From a virus, in IMG/VR virus record IMGVR_UViG_3300003702_000965, positions 1-64,000 of that record: a DNA stretch of 64,000 nt; one strand, written 5' to 3'. Shown here piece after piece: positions 18,622 to 29,458 of this stretch; the first letter of the stretch is position 1; each line of letters begins with the position of its first letter. The notes below the pieces were generated by a model. That model did no database searches. It worked only from the letters and a program-made list of their open reading frames with translations, and had not been told where the DNA came from. A program made the translations under genes and the position numbers.

Positions 18622-20546
18622 TGGATAACCCAAATACATATGTTTCTTATGGAGACTTTGGTTTCAAGGGGGATGGTTTCACAACTCCATACGTCTCCAG
18701 AACTCAGACTCCTATCTATTATGGGGTAAGGTCAGGACAGATAAGCGAAATAACTTTACAGGGGCAAATAACTGGGCTTGCATATGAAGAAATTATTTCA
18801 ACTCAAGCAAGGTTAATAAGTGGATTTTCCAAAGATTTTCAAAGTTTAGACCTTAGGGAAAAAGCTACGGATGAGGCTACAGAATTGACTTCTGTCGCAG
18901 GATTTCCGCTTAATAATTGTATAGTTAATAGCATTAATTTTGGTGAGTCAAAATATACTGCATTATTGGATTATTCGATAAGCATTAGGGGGTACGATCC
19001 ATCTCTCTTTTCTGGCGTGTCGAAAGTCACTGAACCTGTCAATAGCTTTTCTTTTGCAGATAGAGAAGATGGGACGGTTTCAGTTTCTCATGAAATTTCA
19101 GCTGTAGGAATAAACACAAAACCTAGCGGAACTATGGAGAGTAACGCTCTGGATAACGCAAAGAGCTTTGTATTGTCTTTGACTGGTTGGAACAATCAAG
19201 TTTTACCGGAACTAATCAAAAAAAATGACGGGTCAAGCTTTACAAGCGTATCTCCATCTCTGGTGTCACAGGTGGAGAATGTTAACAGAATGAATGGGAA
19301 TTTTTCTGTTACTGAAAATTGGGAGTTTGACAAGGACAATAGAGACGATTTTTCAAGAAAAGTTACGGTTGATATTGATTCTGGCATTAATGCTGACTTT
19401 GTGGTAGCGACTGTTCGAGCTGAATACCGTGGAAGCAAGCAAAAATCCATGGCTTTCTTGAGAAACGCCATTCACGACGACGGAGGGATAAAAAAAGAAT
19501 TATATGAAATAGCGGCTGATAATTTCGATGCTTTTAAGGGAGACGTTACTAGAAAAATAAACCCAGAGCCTAGGTCGTTTGACGTGAAAGAGACGGAAGA
19601 TTCGAGAAAGATATCTATTTCTGCGATTTTTAGCGACAGTGACTTACATCCATATAAAGTTATAAACTTTCAAAACACTCCAGAGGGACATCCGAGCAAA
19701 CAGCAAAATTATGCATATTTTGATTATAGCGTAGATTTATCCAAGGACGAAATTAGAAGCTCGACTCAAGTAACAATAAAGGGGTCTGTAGTTGGGATAG
19801 GGGGAGATCTAAAAAATAGATATAGTGGAGCTTACAACTTTGTGGACGACTTACATAACGCCCCTGTAAATTCAGCTACTCCTTACAGGGGACTGAGTGG
19901 ATTTTTATATTGGAAAGCTAAAGGTGTATATGACATTTATTATTCAGGGATTTCAGGATTTGGCTTAAATCAGAGAGCCATGAATATTTCAGTAGATTAT
20001 AATGAGTATGCGGGAAGAGTGGATTTGTCTGCCGATTTTAATGATGATGATCAGTTCCTCGGGCAGTATAGAAAGAATGATAAAGTATCATATTCGATTA
20101 AAGTAAAGCCTACGATCCCAATGATCTCCTCAAAACCAATCATTTCGACTACAGCGACTATAGGAGTTGGTGAGGTCACAAAGCATGAATTTTTTGATTT
20201 GCGAGTAAACAAAAAAACTGAAGTTTCAATCTCTTGTAATGTAAAACCAGAAAAAGGGGCGTATTTTTACAGGGAAAATCTTGTGGAGGAAGCCAAAACA
20301 GACGCGTATAATCTAAGAAAGGTTTTGAAACAATTATATGTAGATGAACAGGCGATTAAATCCAACACAAACACGATAGATGATTCTGCGAGTTTTATTA
20401 AAATTAATTCAGATAAAATAAATTATGATAAATTTTTGGGGGACTTTTCTTTGTCGTCCTCTTATAGTTTCAATGATATAGCTGGTCGTTTTGTTAAACG
20501 GCCCTCTAACTTGTTCAGCAATGAAGATCCGTTAGCGGAAATTTAA
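18621..20546 (+). CDS. Putative tail-tip protein
   Basis: ATG 18621 is TAATG-coupled to the upstream stop (track start 18600 is a TTG); beta-rich modules resemble the preceding gene. Confidence 0.6.
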   Translation: MDNPNTYVSYGDFGFKGDGFTTPYVSRTQTPIYYGVRSGQISEITLQGQITGLAYEEIISTQARLISGFSKDFQSLDLREKATDEATELTSVAGFPLNNCIVNSINFGESKYTALLDYSISIRGYDPSLFSGVSKVTEPVNSFSFADREDGTVSVSHEISAVGINTKPSGTMESNALDNAKSFVLSLTGWNNQVLPELIKKNDGSSFTSVSPSLVSQVENVNRMNGNFSVTENWEFDKDNRDDFSRKVTVDIDSGINADFVVATVRAEYRGSKQKSMAFLRNAIHDDGGIKKELYEIAADNFDAFKGDVTRKINPEPRSFDVKETEDSRKISISAIFSDSDLHPYKVINFQNTPEGHPSKQQNYAYFDYSVDLSKDEIRSSTQVTIKGSVVGIGGDLKNRYSGAYNFVDDLHNAPVNSATPYRGLSGFLYWKAKGVYDIYYSGISGFGLNQRAMNISVDYNEYAGRVDLSADFNDDDQFLGQYRKNDKVSYSIKVKPTIPMISSKPIISTTATIGVGEVTKHEFFDLRVNKKTEVSISCNVKPEKGAYFYRENLVEEAKTDAYNLRKVLKQLYVDEQAIKSNTNTIDDSASFIKINSDKINYDKFLGDFSLSSSYSFNDIAGRFVKRPSNLFSNEDPLAEI

Positions 20547-20551
20547 ATTTT

Positions 20552-22792
20552 ATGTTTGATAGAGATTTATTTTTTAGATATGCGAGTGGAGTGAATCTGG
20601 AAACAGGGGCAATGCTGACTTACTATGCCTTTAATGAGGTCGTCCCTAGGCAAAATCATAAAATATTTAATTCTCTTTATTCAACTGGAGAAAATTTTTT
20701 GTCTGGGGAAATATTGGATTCAGATAAATACGCTGGATACTCTTTGGGCTCTGGCAACTTTCCTGTTAGTGGCGAGTTTACTGGAGCTGGTTACCTTGAC
20801 AGAAAAATATTTGATGGATCTGGATATTTCGACGGGTCTGACTTGATAAAAATAGGGCATAATGTCGACTTGGATTCTTGGACTATGTTCTTTAATTATT
20901 CTGGCGCTAATGAAATCTTGGGCGCTGGAACTGCAATTGGTAAGGAGAAGGTTCTGTTTTCTTCTTGTGGATCTCCTACTGGTTTGTCTGGGTGTTCTAT
21001 TGGCGTGTTGGACAATAAGTTCATATCTTTAAAAAATTATAATGAAACCGGAAGAAATTCTTTAATTTTGACCGCCCAATATCCGGGGCAAAATTTAGTT
21101 TCCATCTCGAGAAGCTTTGGTACAAAATATAATGTTTTAGGGCTACATAATGTATATGAGAACAAACATCATTATTCAACATTTACAGATCCTAGTTTTA
21201 AAAAATCAAACCAATGGCATTTAGGCTCTCATAGTGGGGTTAATACGTATGATTCTACGCTATTGCATAGGGCAACAGGGTTTAGGGGATATATAGATGA
21301 TTTTGTTTTATTTAGCGGTGACTTGTCTAATGTGAAAAAAGAAAGTCTTAGTAAATTCTTTGGTCTAACTGGTTATGCCTATGCTCAAACTGGACTAGTG
21401 TCTGGATATTTTAGTGGAGTTACTGGAGTAAGCGTTATCTCTGGTGTTATAGGTCAGGAGGTGAGTGGATATACGAATAAAATAGTTCAAACAATAACAG
21501 ACAGATCGAACAAAACCATAAATATATACGCCAAAGTTCCTGTTTATTCTCCAGTAAGTGGACAGTTAAGAGTTTATACCACTGGATCTGCCTATGTCCA
21601 AACTACGGGGATAGTAACCCCCGAAAAACTAAGCTATTCGTCTGATTATCTTAAAAGATATTCTTTCAATGCCATTAATTTCTCGAAAGCTAACGCGAGC
21701 AATTCAATAGTTGAATTTAGAAGCAGTAATACAGGGATTGAAAATGTTAATCTAACCCCTTCAATTATTGAGGACAAGTCCTTTGTCATTAACGAGGAAG
21801 CCGCCAATGGGAAATTTAATGTTTTTGTGAGTGGTTATTATAAGTCGCCGAAAGCTTCTGATATAATTGATGCCGGAGCTTTGTTTTCAAGTTACGGAGC
21901 GTCAGGAAGCGATGGGCTACAGACTGGGACTTTCGAGTTTTTAGACGTCATGTCTGGTCAGGCTTATACTTTCGACCCTACTGGAGCTTATTCTTCTTCG
22001 GTTGTTGCTAGAGATCCTTCTGGGGTTGTCGCGGTGGGCCTTAACGACAGTATTCATTCCGAATGGGTACAAAACAAAACCCCAATTGAGATAACCCCGA
22101 AAACAAATAAACTAATATTTTTCCATAAGACCCCACCTTCAATAGCGTATAGGTTTTCGTCTTTCCCAATAAAACTTACTCCGGTCTATAGCCATGATTA
22201 TCAAGTCGGCGGCTCTGGATCGTTTTCTTCCGTTTCTTCTTTCGGTTCAGATTCGGATAAAATTTTAGTTGATTTGCCGAGCTCTAGCAGGGTTTTATAT
22301 CACAATTTTACAGGGCATTCGAACGGGCCTCATACAATTTTCTCTGGTTCTGGTTACGTAAATAAAGATGTTTATTTGGATGGGTTAAAGCTCGGTTCTG
22401 GATATGACCACGATACTTTTGGCGGAAAATTTAGACTTAAAAAGGCTGTTCCCGGGGCCGGAAATAAGGGTTTATTTTTTGTTCCTAGGGCTTATGAAAA
22501 TTTTATAACAGGCTCCGGCGTTTTGCAGGCGAACAAGGTCGCGTTTAACGCTCAGTATAACAAAATTCCACAGTCTGAAACCAAAGCTCCATTATTAGAC
22601 GAACAATTCTGGAGAGCGGGAAAAAGGGAAAAAGAAGATGCGGATTATGAAAAAGTCTTAAGGAACGGAATGTTCTATTCTCCTACGGGTTTGGCTTCAA
22701 CTGCTACAACCTATGATAATCATGTATTCAGCGGAATAGCGACAGGATTTTTCAATACTCTTTTAACGTCAGTACAAGATAACTCAGTATAA
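20552..22792 (+). CDS. Virion protein with LamG/concanavalin-like domain, SG/TG-rich
   Basis: WTMFFNY...QWHLG...FRGYIDDFVLFSGDLS is a LamG-like signature. Confidence 0.6.
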   Translation: MFDRDLFFRYASGVNLETGAMLTYYAFNEVVPRQNHKIFNSLYSTGENFLSGEILDSDKYAGYSLGSGNFPVSGEFTGAGYLDRKIFDGSGYFDGSDLIKIGHNVDLDSWTMFFNYSGANEILGAGTAIGKEKVLFSSCGSPTGLSGCSIGVLDNKFISLKNYNETGRNSLILTAQYPGQNLVSISRSFGTKYNVLGLHNVYENKHHYSTFTDPSFKKSNQWHLGSHSGVNTYDSTLLHRATGFRGYIDDFVLFSGDLSNVKKESLSKFFGLTGYAYAQTGLVSGYFSGVTGVSVISGVIGQEVSGYTNKIVQTITDRSNKTINIYAKVPVYSPVSGQLRVYTTGSAYVQTTGIVTPEKLSYSSDYLKRYSFNAINFSKANASNSIVEFRSSNTGIENVNLTPSIIEDKSFVINEEAANGKFNVFVSGYYKSPKASDIIDAGALFSSYGASGSDGLQTGTFEFLDVMSGQAYTFDPTGAYSSSVVARDPSGVVAVGLNDSIHSEWVQNKTPIEITPKTNKLIFFHKTPPSIAYRFSSFPIKLTPVYSHDYQVGGSGSFSSVSSFGSDSDKILVDLPSSSRVLYHNFTGHSNGPHTIFSGSGYVNKDVYLDGLKLGSGYDHDTFGGKFRLKKAVPGAGNKGLFFVPRAYENFITGSGVLQANKVAFNAQYNKIPQSETKAPLLDEQFWRAGKREKEDADYEKVLRNGMFYSPTGLASTATTYDNHVFSGIATGFFNTLLTSVQDNSV

Positions 22793-22795
22793 AAT

Positions 22796-25468
22796 ATGCC
22801 ATCCCATTATCACACAATAGAGCAAATACAAATAGGAAACCAGAAGCCCGGTTTATTAGAAAGCGACGGAGTCATATACGCCATTATATCCTCGAGCTAT
22901 ACTCAGGGATATACAGATGGCCCCTCTAAGTTTTCCATTAGCATCGTTTCCACGGATTCTTCTGTAGAGTTGGAAAGCCCTAGTGGATATATAGGAACTA
23001 AATTCGAGAATACATTTGCCGAAAGCAATTTGGAAACAATAACCATTCTAGATAATGACGGTGAAGGAGTTTTTTCTTTTACGGGCTTCTTAATTTCCTA
23101 TTCGGAGAATCTTTCCGCAGGAAACAGGTCTTACACCTTGGAATACGTTGACACCTCAGTAATATTAGATAAAATTTTTGTAGGACTGCCAAATAGACAT
23201 AAGAGCAGTGACCACTACAACATGGCAGAAGTGGATGTAAAAGCTTTGTGTACGGATGCCGAAGGGATATCTACGGTTGCTTCTCGTAAATTTCGCCTTG
23301 ATGGAACGCGACTAGTAGACGGAGTAACTGGCATGCCGCTGGGAGATGGAATAAAATTAGCTTCTGAAAGAAGTTATAAGGCATTTTTGAACCGTGAAAA
23401 ATTTGCTGGTGGAATGATGATAGTTGGAGATGAGCAATGGTCTGAGAATTCATGTTCTATTCCTAAGGTTGATTATGAGCTTGGTGATTTACTTTATACC
23501 ATGAGCATCGGAGCAAATATCCTTTCCGAAGGAGCTCCGGTGAAGGGAATAAGACGGGAGCATTCTGGAACTCTGAGGGCAGTTTTAAGTAATTGGTGTG
23601 CTGAGTTTGGTTATACTTTTATTTGGGGTGCCGACAAAGATTACGACAGAGTTTCTTTTATAAATATGGGTATAGGTATTAATCCTAACTTTAGGGGCAT
23701 CAAAAGTGCGCTAAAAACGGCTGGGATTGAGTCCATGACTTATTCCAAAACAAATGATTCAATGTCCGTGGGTTTAACTACTCGTTTTATGAAGCCTCAT
23801 AATATAGAAGACAAGTCGGTAAGCATTTCAGCGCCTGTCCCATGTTCTCCGTTGAGGATCCAAGATGTTTTTAATTTTCAGACTTATGCTGTCCAAATGC
23901 CGGGGCAAGGAGTCAGGGGGGATGCATTTTCCATAAGCTGTGCTTTGTCCAAATACAACACCGACATAAGGACTTTATGGTATTTGGGTGGCTGCCGGCA
24001 AGGCAATTTTAGGTGGGAGGCGTTAGGGATATATTTAGCAGCCGGATCGTGGGGCTCTGGAGACAATGATTTTTACGCATTGGGCAAAGATGCTGAAAAA
24101 AATAATTTATTAAGATCTTATTTTTTATCTGATTATGATCAGATATTAGAGGAATGGGGCGGTGCGGCTAACGTTAAGTGCGCTATAGTCTATAGAAGCG
24201 AGGATATGGAAAATAGATTTATAGAATGGGAAAGAAGTATAGCTGATAATTTTATAGGGCAATATTTTAAAGCTAATTATTACAGTACTATTCCAGACTC
24301 GGAAGAATGCGGCCCGTTTGGTAGAAGAATGAAAGTTGCGGACAGCGATCCTCCATTCGAAGATTTGATAGGAGGATTTGTGGAGGCAAACTCAATGGAT
24401 CCATACGGCAAAGGACTTGGCATTGCGCCCTTCGCAAAATTTGGCCATGTAATAAAGAGATCTTCTGCGCCTTGGGTTGGTGGCATTGAGGCTGATAATG
24501 AATTAGATGTAAAAACATTTTTGCCTAGGTTTTTCCCAATAGATAACGACGTCATTGAATTGTTAATCGAAAACGGAACGATGACTGATGCCGTAATAAG
24601 TAGTTTCGCTATGGGAGGTGCTAGATTTGAGCTGGGGATTATGGTGTTTCACACAAAATCAATCAATACAAGCTCACTTGTGAGCATCGAGAACGGTAGA
24701 GGTGAGAACAATAGCGAAGTTACATTTAACGAAATCAATAAAGGAGCTATGGGGGTGAGCTCTGATTGCAAGCGTACCTGCTCCATCGATATCGAACAAT
24801 TAATTTGTAGAAAACCCATCTTTCCGAACAATTTAAGACCCGGCCCTAATAGTAATAGGTGCATGACGGTTGATGTGACGTATGACGGAGAATCTTTGGG
24901 GAAAATATTTATGCCAGCAGGGACGCTTGAAAACAGTGGTTTCACTAGGATAGAAAAGATAGATTTTTCCAACACTTTTTTCAAAAAAGCGATCAAACAT
25001 TTCGAGTTTTCCCCGCCAAGTAATGTCCTTAACGCGGCTTCTATAAATATAGTGACTCAAGACATGACTAATCAGGTTTTGTATCTTCCCAGCGAGACTG
25101 GAGACAGAGTATTAACCGCTGATACTATTGTAATCGGTAGAGGAAGCGCGAAAAGCTACGGTTATATAGACGTGGGATTTGGCGGTGCAGTAAGAAAATA
25201 TCATAACGATACGTTGGGAAGCTCTGTTGTTGGGGGGGAAAGCTCGCCTAAGGAAACTTTAAGCGCGGTTGTTCCGTCTTACGCTTTGTCAAAAATAACA
25301 GAGCTATTGAATGTGAAAAAAGGAATCTCTTCCTTTACTTTTTCTATCGGAGCTAATGGTTCAGACGTGAATGTTTCATTTGCTAATTTACCACCCACAC
25401 CCCCATCAATGGATATTTTAATGATTGATCAAGCGGTGAAAACAAGCACAATCCACTTTAGAAATTAA
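22796..25468 (+). CDS. Putative baseplate hub/central tail-tip protein
   Basis: 890 aa; GTLRAVLSNWCAEFGYTFIW resembles hub-protein segments; position in tail module. Confidence 0.45.
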   Translation: MPSHYHTIEQIQIGNQKPGLLESDGVIYAIISSSYTQGYTDGPSKFSISIVSTDSSVELESPSGYIGTKFENTFAESNLETITILDNDGEGVFSFTGFLISYSENLSAGNRSYTLEYVDTSVILDKIFVGLPNRHKSSDHYNMAEVDVKALCTDAEGISTVASRKFRLDGTRLVDGVTGMPLGDGIKLASERSYKAFLNREKFAGGMMIVGDEQWSENSCSIPKVDYELGDLLYTMSIGANILSEGAPVKGIRREHSGTLRAVLSNWCAEFGYTFIWGADKDYDRVSFINMGIGINPNFRGIKSALKTAGIESMTYSKTNDSMSVGLTTRFMKPHNIEDKSVSISAPVPCSPLRIQDVFNFQTYAVQMPGQGVRGDAFSISCALSKYNTDIRTLWYLGGCRQGNFRWEALGIYLAAGSWGSGDNDFYALGKDAEKNNLLRSYFLSDYDQILEEWGGAANVKCAIVYRSEDMENRFIEWERSIADNFIGQYFKANYYSTIPDSEECGPFGRRMKVADSDPPFEDLIGGFVEANSMDPYGKGLGIAPFAKFGHVIKRSSAPWVGGIEADNELDVKTFLPRFFPIDNDVIELLIENGTMTDAVISSFAMGGARFELGIMVFHTKSINTSSLVSIENGRGENNSEVTFNEINKGAMGVSSDCKRTCSIDIEQLICRKPIFPNNLRPGPNSNRCMTVDVTYDGESLGKIFMPAGTLENSGFTRIEKIDFSNTFFKKAIKHFEFSPPSNVLNAASINIVTQDMTNQVLYLPSETGDRVLTADTIVIGRGSAKSYGYIDVGFGGAVRKYHNDTLGSSVVGGESSPKETLSAVVPSYALSKITELLNVKKGISSFTFSIGANGSDVNVSFANLPPTPPSMDILMIDQAVKTSTIHFRN

Positions 25469-25469
25469 A

Positions 25470-26855
25470 ATGATTGTATTTAGCGGAAAAGATTTCAGGA
25501 ATATAAAAAATGAAAAGTCCATCACTTTTTCCATGGAAAACTTGGGTTTCAGCAACACAATTGGGAGTGGCTGTTTTGGTTTCTCTGGAGCGCTAAACAA
25601 AAGCTTTAATTTTAAATTCATAAAAGGCAATCTCGAGGACTCGAATGGGAGGGTTTTTTATAATTATGATGAAAATGGTGCTTTCGATTTTTCCGGAAAC
25701 GTCAATGAATCTAGTTATGATTATTATATAGATAGTATAGCTTATAGCAGAAATTCAAATAGATCCAACTACACAATTCAAAATTTCTTTGTTGAGTGTA
25801 GCGGCACCAACATGTCCGGAGATATAAACATTTATACCAAGGAGTCCAGAAAACTTAGTTTCACGCTACCTCCAAGATTCAGCGTTAGCGGAACTGTTAC
25901 AGGAACAATAACAAATTCCAGCTTGGATTACTCGTTGGATATATTTAGCAGCTATACTCAGCTGGATGAACAAAGCTTTACTTTAGAATCAATCACAAAC
26001 GCCGGTCATCTACGGCCCAATTCGACAATTAAATACGTTCTAAAAAACAACACAGGAGAAGCGGGAATTGTTTATCCAATTGATTTGATTTTCCCAACTT
26101 CAGCTGGAGATATTAGGGTTTTCAAAACTTCCATAGGAAGAGCTGATAAACCTTTTGAAAACAGCTCTCTCCAGACGTTGTCTCCCCTGTTTTCATCAGG
26201 GGAAAGCTCGGAGACGTACGACTCTGGAAGTTTTTATTTTAATAACGAAAAAAGAACCGCGACTGGATCAGGAGTAGTTGGGGATTACTATAGGCTGTTT
26301 TTGAAGTATGATCGGGGCTATACAGGGTTAACTTCAGGTTGGACAGGAGCTTTCACAATGTCAAATGCTGGGGCAGGATATGGCGATCAAAGTTTTAATG
26401 TCACTGGAGGATATGGAGTTGGGGGGCATGGTTTTGTTCTTTCTGATAGAAATGGAGTTCCCTCAGGCAGGTTGACTGGTATTTCTATAGATTCTTTAGG
26501 TAAGAATTATTCTGGTCAGCCGATTATGAAGATCAATCCCACGCTTGGAGTTACTGGAGAGACTCTTGCCGCCGGTGTTGGAGCCTCCATAACTGTGGAC
26601 AGACATGGGTACTATAAAAAGTTTTGGAATGTTTGGGACCTTTATTCGGGATCCTCTCCAACTGAATTACTTCCCGTTACTGGGGAAGACAGGCTGAATG
26701 AAGCTTACACAGGAAAGTTCCAAAGCAATCAAAACTTTTACATAGGTGTAAGGTCAAGAAACTATTATGACGACTTGGTGCAGGTTGCTGATTTGATAGT
26801 AAGTGGAGTGTCTAACGGGAAAGTGTTTACAGAGAAAATAACAGGAGTTTTATAA
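25470..26855 (+). CDS. Hypothetical virion protein
   Basis: 461 aa, Gly/Ser/Thr-rich; SNAGAGY and DSLGKNYSGQP motifs. Confidence 0.6.
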   Translation: MIVFSGKDFRNIKNEKSITFSMENLGFSNTIGSGCFGFSGALNKSFNFKFIKGNLEDSNGRVFYNYDENGAFDFSGNVNESSYDYYIDSIAYSRNSNRSNYTIQNFFVECSGTNMSGDINIYTKESRKLSFTLPPRFSVSGTVTGTITNSSLDYSLDIFSSYTQLDEQSFTLESITNAGHLRPNSTIKYVLKNNTGEAGIVYPIDLIFPTSAGDIRVFKTSIGRADKPFENSSLQTLSPLFSSGESSETYDSGSFYFNNEKRTATGSGVVGDYYRLFLKYDRGYTGLTSGWTGAFTMSNAGAGYGDQSFNVTGGYGVGGHGFVLSDRNGVPSGRLTGISIDSLGKNYSGQPIMKINPTLGVTGETLAAGVGASITVDRHGYYKKFWNVWDLYSGSSPTELLPVTGEDRLNEAYTGKFQSNQNFYIGVRSRNYYDDLVQVADLIVSGVSNGKVFTEKITGVL

Positions 26856-28666
26856 TGCCAGTAATAAAATCAGAAGCATCTCCAAATATATACAAAATAA
26901 ATAAGTTTGTTATAGTTGGCTATGTGCCCGGGGCAGGATCCGAAAACTCTGACCCCAAGGAGGCAGGCGCTAATCAAAAAAGACCGATCATTTTACAGGG
27001 GCGTAGAATATTCAGGAATTCCAACAAAGTAGAGATGGTTGATACGGAAGCGCCAATTGTTAACATTGCTGTGCCCGAGAATTTGCGATTTAGTGGCGCT
27101 GGATCTGGCGAAATTCAATTTAATACTGAGGTAGCGCCACCAAATAGCGCAGCCATTGGCACGTCGACCAAAAACGCATTAATTTGCCCCCCTTACCGAG
27201 TTGCAAATCCCGATCATCAAAAATCTTTCCTCGCCCAGCTAGCGGATGGAACCATTCCACCTCAAGCTGTTATTTACGCAATGAGGCTTGAGGCTGATGT
27301 GCGAACGGGAATTTCGCAGCCAAACTCCGAAACAAAATTAACTTGCATATATGTAGACACTAACGTTGACGGAAGAATGTTGAAAATTTCCAGCCAAAGC
27401 AAGTCTAATAAAATTGATCTTTCTGTAAAATACGGTCTAGCCGATCAAATAAAAGCTTGCCAAATAAACGAAGATGCGGCTATTGAATATTTATCTGATA
27501 TAGATGAGATATCTGGCTTCCCCACGGTGCTAACGTCTGCTCCGGATGATGTCACAACTGAACAAAAATATGCTATCGCTTTTAATGGGACGGATTCGTC
27601 GATTAACACTAAAGTTGCGTTAGTTCCTTTCTCTCCCGGTAGTGGCAGCGGGGTTAATCATTTTAGAGCTTTATCTGACGTTAATTCAGCTGCAGCAGAC
27701 TTGATAAGTGATCAAACTCCGGATGACGGCGATGCAGCAGTCACTGTGGCTTTTCAAAGTGGTCTGACTAATAGTCATGGGGGTTTAATTTTTTCAGCTC
27801 CAAATTTTACCGGAGGTGGATCTGCAAAAATAAGAGCAAATTATATAATAAACAAAAACTTCCAAGGAGGCGAGGGAGCTAATAATAATTTTTCCTATTT
27901 TGCGGTTTGCCCGCAGCCTCCTTTGGGGGACAGGGAAGATAATGAAAGCGCGACCGCTTCCGTTGGTTTACACACTTTTTCCGAGCTGATTGATAATGGC
28001 ATTTTCAAAGTCTTAGCGGGGGATACTAACGGTGAAGATAGCTTTAGTGCTCTCGATCATGTCGGTGCAGACAATCCAAATTCAGTTTATGTGCTGACTG
28101 CTTCTCCCGGTGAGATAACTCCAGCCGATGACGAAAATCCTATACTTGGTGAGGTGAGGTTCAGACAATTAGGATATTTGGAGCAGCTGGGAGGAGTTAC
28201 TGTTGCTGACGCCGTGAAATCCCATACGGACATTGAATCCGACGATGGGGTGTTATGCTTGGCTAAGTTAAAGCAAAGAACAACTGACGCAGCATCAAAC
28301 GCTCGGCATACAGTAACATTCGATACGTTAGGTTCTATATTAAGCGATCCTGATCCAGCTGCCCTAAAAACAGGGACCGATGTTCAGGCCGGAAGTTGGT
28401 TAGTGGTTAAAAAGGGGGGTACTGGAGGAACGTTGCAGACTGCCCTGTTGCATGCTGATCTTTTTGGTGGTGGCGGCGGCGGGAACGTAAGTTATGAATC
28501 TCCAAGCGAAGGCCTTACGACGGGGAGGCTTAAATTAGGGACACAAGATCTTGCCGATTCACAAAAATACCAAGTTTATACGCCGACTCTTTTTGGTATC
28601 TGCAAGGAGAATGGAAGCTATGAATATAGGTATTTTTTAACCTCTCTCCCTGTCACCAGCACATAA
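26855..28666 (+). CDS. Hypothetical virion/tail protein
   Basis: 603 aa, TAATG-coupled, acidic. Confidence 0.6.
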   Translation: MPVIKSEASPNIYKINKFVIVGYVPGAGSENSDPKEAGANQKRPIILQGRRIFRNSNKVEMVDTEAPIVNIAVPENLRFSGAGSGEIQFNTEVAPPNSAAIGTSTKNALICPPYRVANPDHQKSFLAQLADGTIPPQAVIYAMRLEADVRTGISQPNSETKLTCIYVDTNVDGRMLKISSQSKSNKIDLSVKYGLADQIKACQINEDAAIEYLSDIDEISGFPTVLTSAPDDVTTEQKYAIAFNGTDSSINTKVALVPFSPGSGSGVNHFRALSDVNSAAADLISDQTPDDGDAAVTVAFQSGLTNSHGGLIFSAPNFTGGGSAKIRANYIINKNFQGGEGANNNFSYFAVCPQPPLGDREDNESATASVGLHTFSELIDNGIFKVLAGDTNGEDSFSALDHVGADNPNSVYVLTASPGEITPADDENPILGEVRFRQLGYLEQLGGVTVADAVKSHTDIESDDGVLCLAKLKQRTTDAASNARHTVTFDTLGSILSDPDPAALKTGTDVQAGSWLVVKKGGTGGTLQTALLHADLFGGGGGGNVSYESPSEGLTTGRLKLGTQDLADSQKYQVYTPTLFGICKENGSYEYRYFLTSLPVTST

Positions 28667-28690
28667 TAATCAGTGTAATATATTTCGAGT

Positions 28691-29458
28691 ATGTCAAGAT
28701 TAAATTCTTCCAAATACGATTCGGTACTCATTGAAGATCTAGACTTTGATTCATCAACAAGAGTAGTAACCAAGAGAAAAACCAGAAAAAGAATCAAGAC
28801 TTTTGATATAAAAGACTTGGACTGGACAGATAAACAAAGAAATTTAATAGATTTATCTACAGAAAAAAGCTCAAAAATACTTTTTATTAAAGGTCCGGCT
28901 GGTACTTCTAAGACTATTATTTCGGTGTATTCAGCTCTAAAAATGGTAAATGAACTCTACGTTAACGATATAGTTTACGTCAGATCGGCTGTTGAGAGCT
29001 CAGACGCCAAGATAGGACACCTTCCGGGGGATGCTGAGCAGAAACTTCATTTCTATAATCTACCCTTTCACGACAAGCTTTCCGAGCTTTTAGACTCAAC
29101 AAACATGCAAACCTTGCAGAAAAATGACATAATTAGCGCGTACCCTATAAACTTTTGTAGGGGTATGAGCTGGAAGAACAAGTGTATAATTATGGATGAA
29201 GCTCAAAATAGCACGTTCAGGGAAATAGTTACGCTTATTACAAGGTTAGGATGTGGGTGTAAATGTTTTATATTGGCTGATCCAGAGCAAACAGATTTAA
29301 CCAATGGGAGAACTGGCGGCTTTGAGAAGATATACAAAGTCTTCGACAATAAAGAAAGCAGAGAGCATGGAATTCATACTTTTGAATTCCTAGAAGATGA
29401 CATCAAGAGATCAGAACTAGTAAAATTTGTAGTGAAAAGATTAAAAACAATTAAGTAA
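28691..29458 (+). CDS. phoH: PhoH-family ATPase
   Basis: GPAGTSKT (Walker A), IGHLPGD, RGMSW, IIMDEAQN, TRLG, DIKRSELVK. Confidence 0.92.
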   Translation: MSRLNSSKYDSVLIEDLDFDSSTRVVTKRKTRKRIKTFDIKDLDWTDKQRNLIDLSTEKSSKILFIKGPAGTSKTIISVYSALKMVNELYVNDIVYVRSAVESSDAKIGHLPGDAEQKLHFYNLPFHDKLSELLDSTNMQTLQKNDIISAYPINFCRGMSWKNKCIIMDEAQNSTFREIVTLITRLGCGCKCFILADPEQTDLTNGRTGGFEKIYKVFDNKESREHGIHTFEFLEDDIKRSELVKFVVKRLKTIK

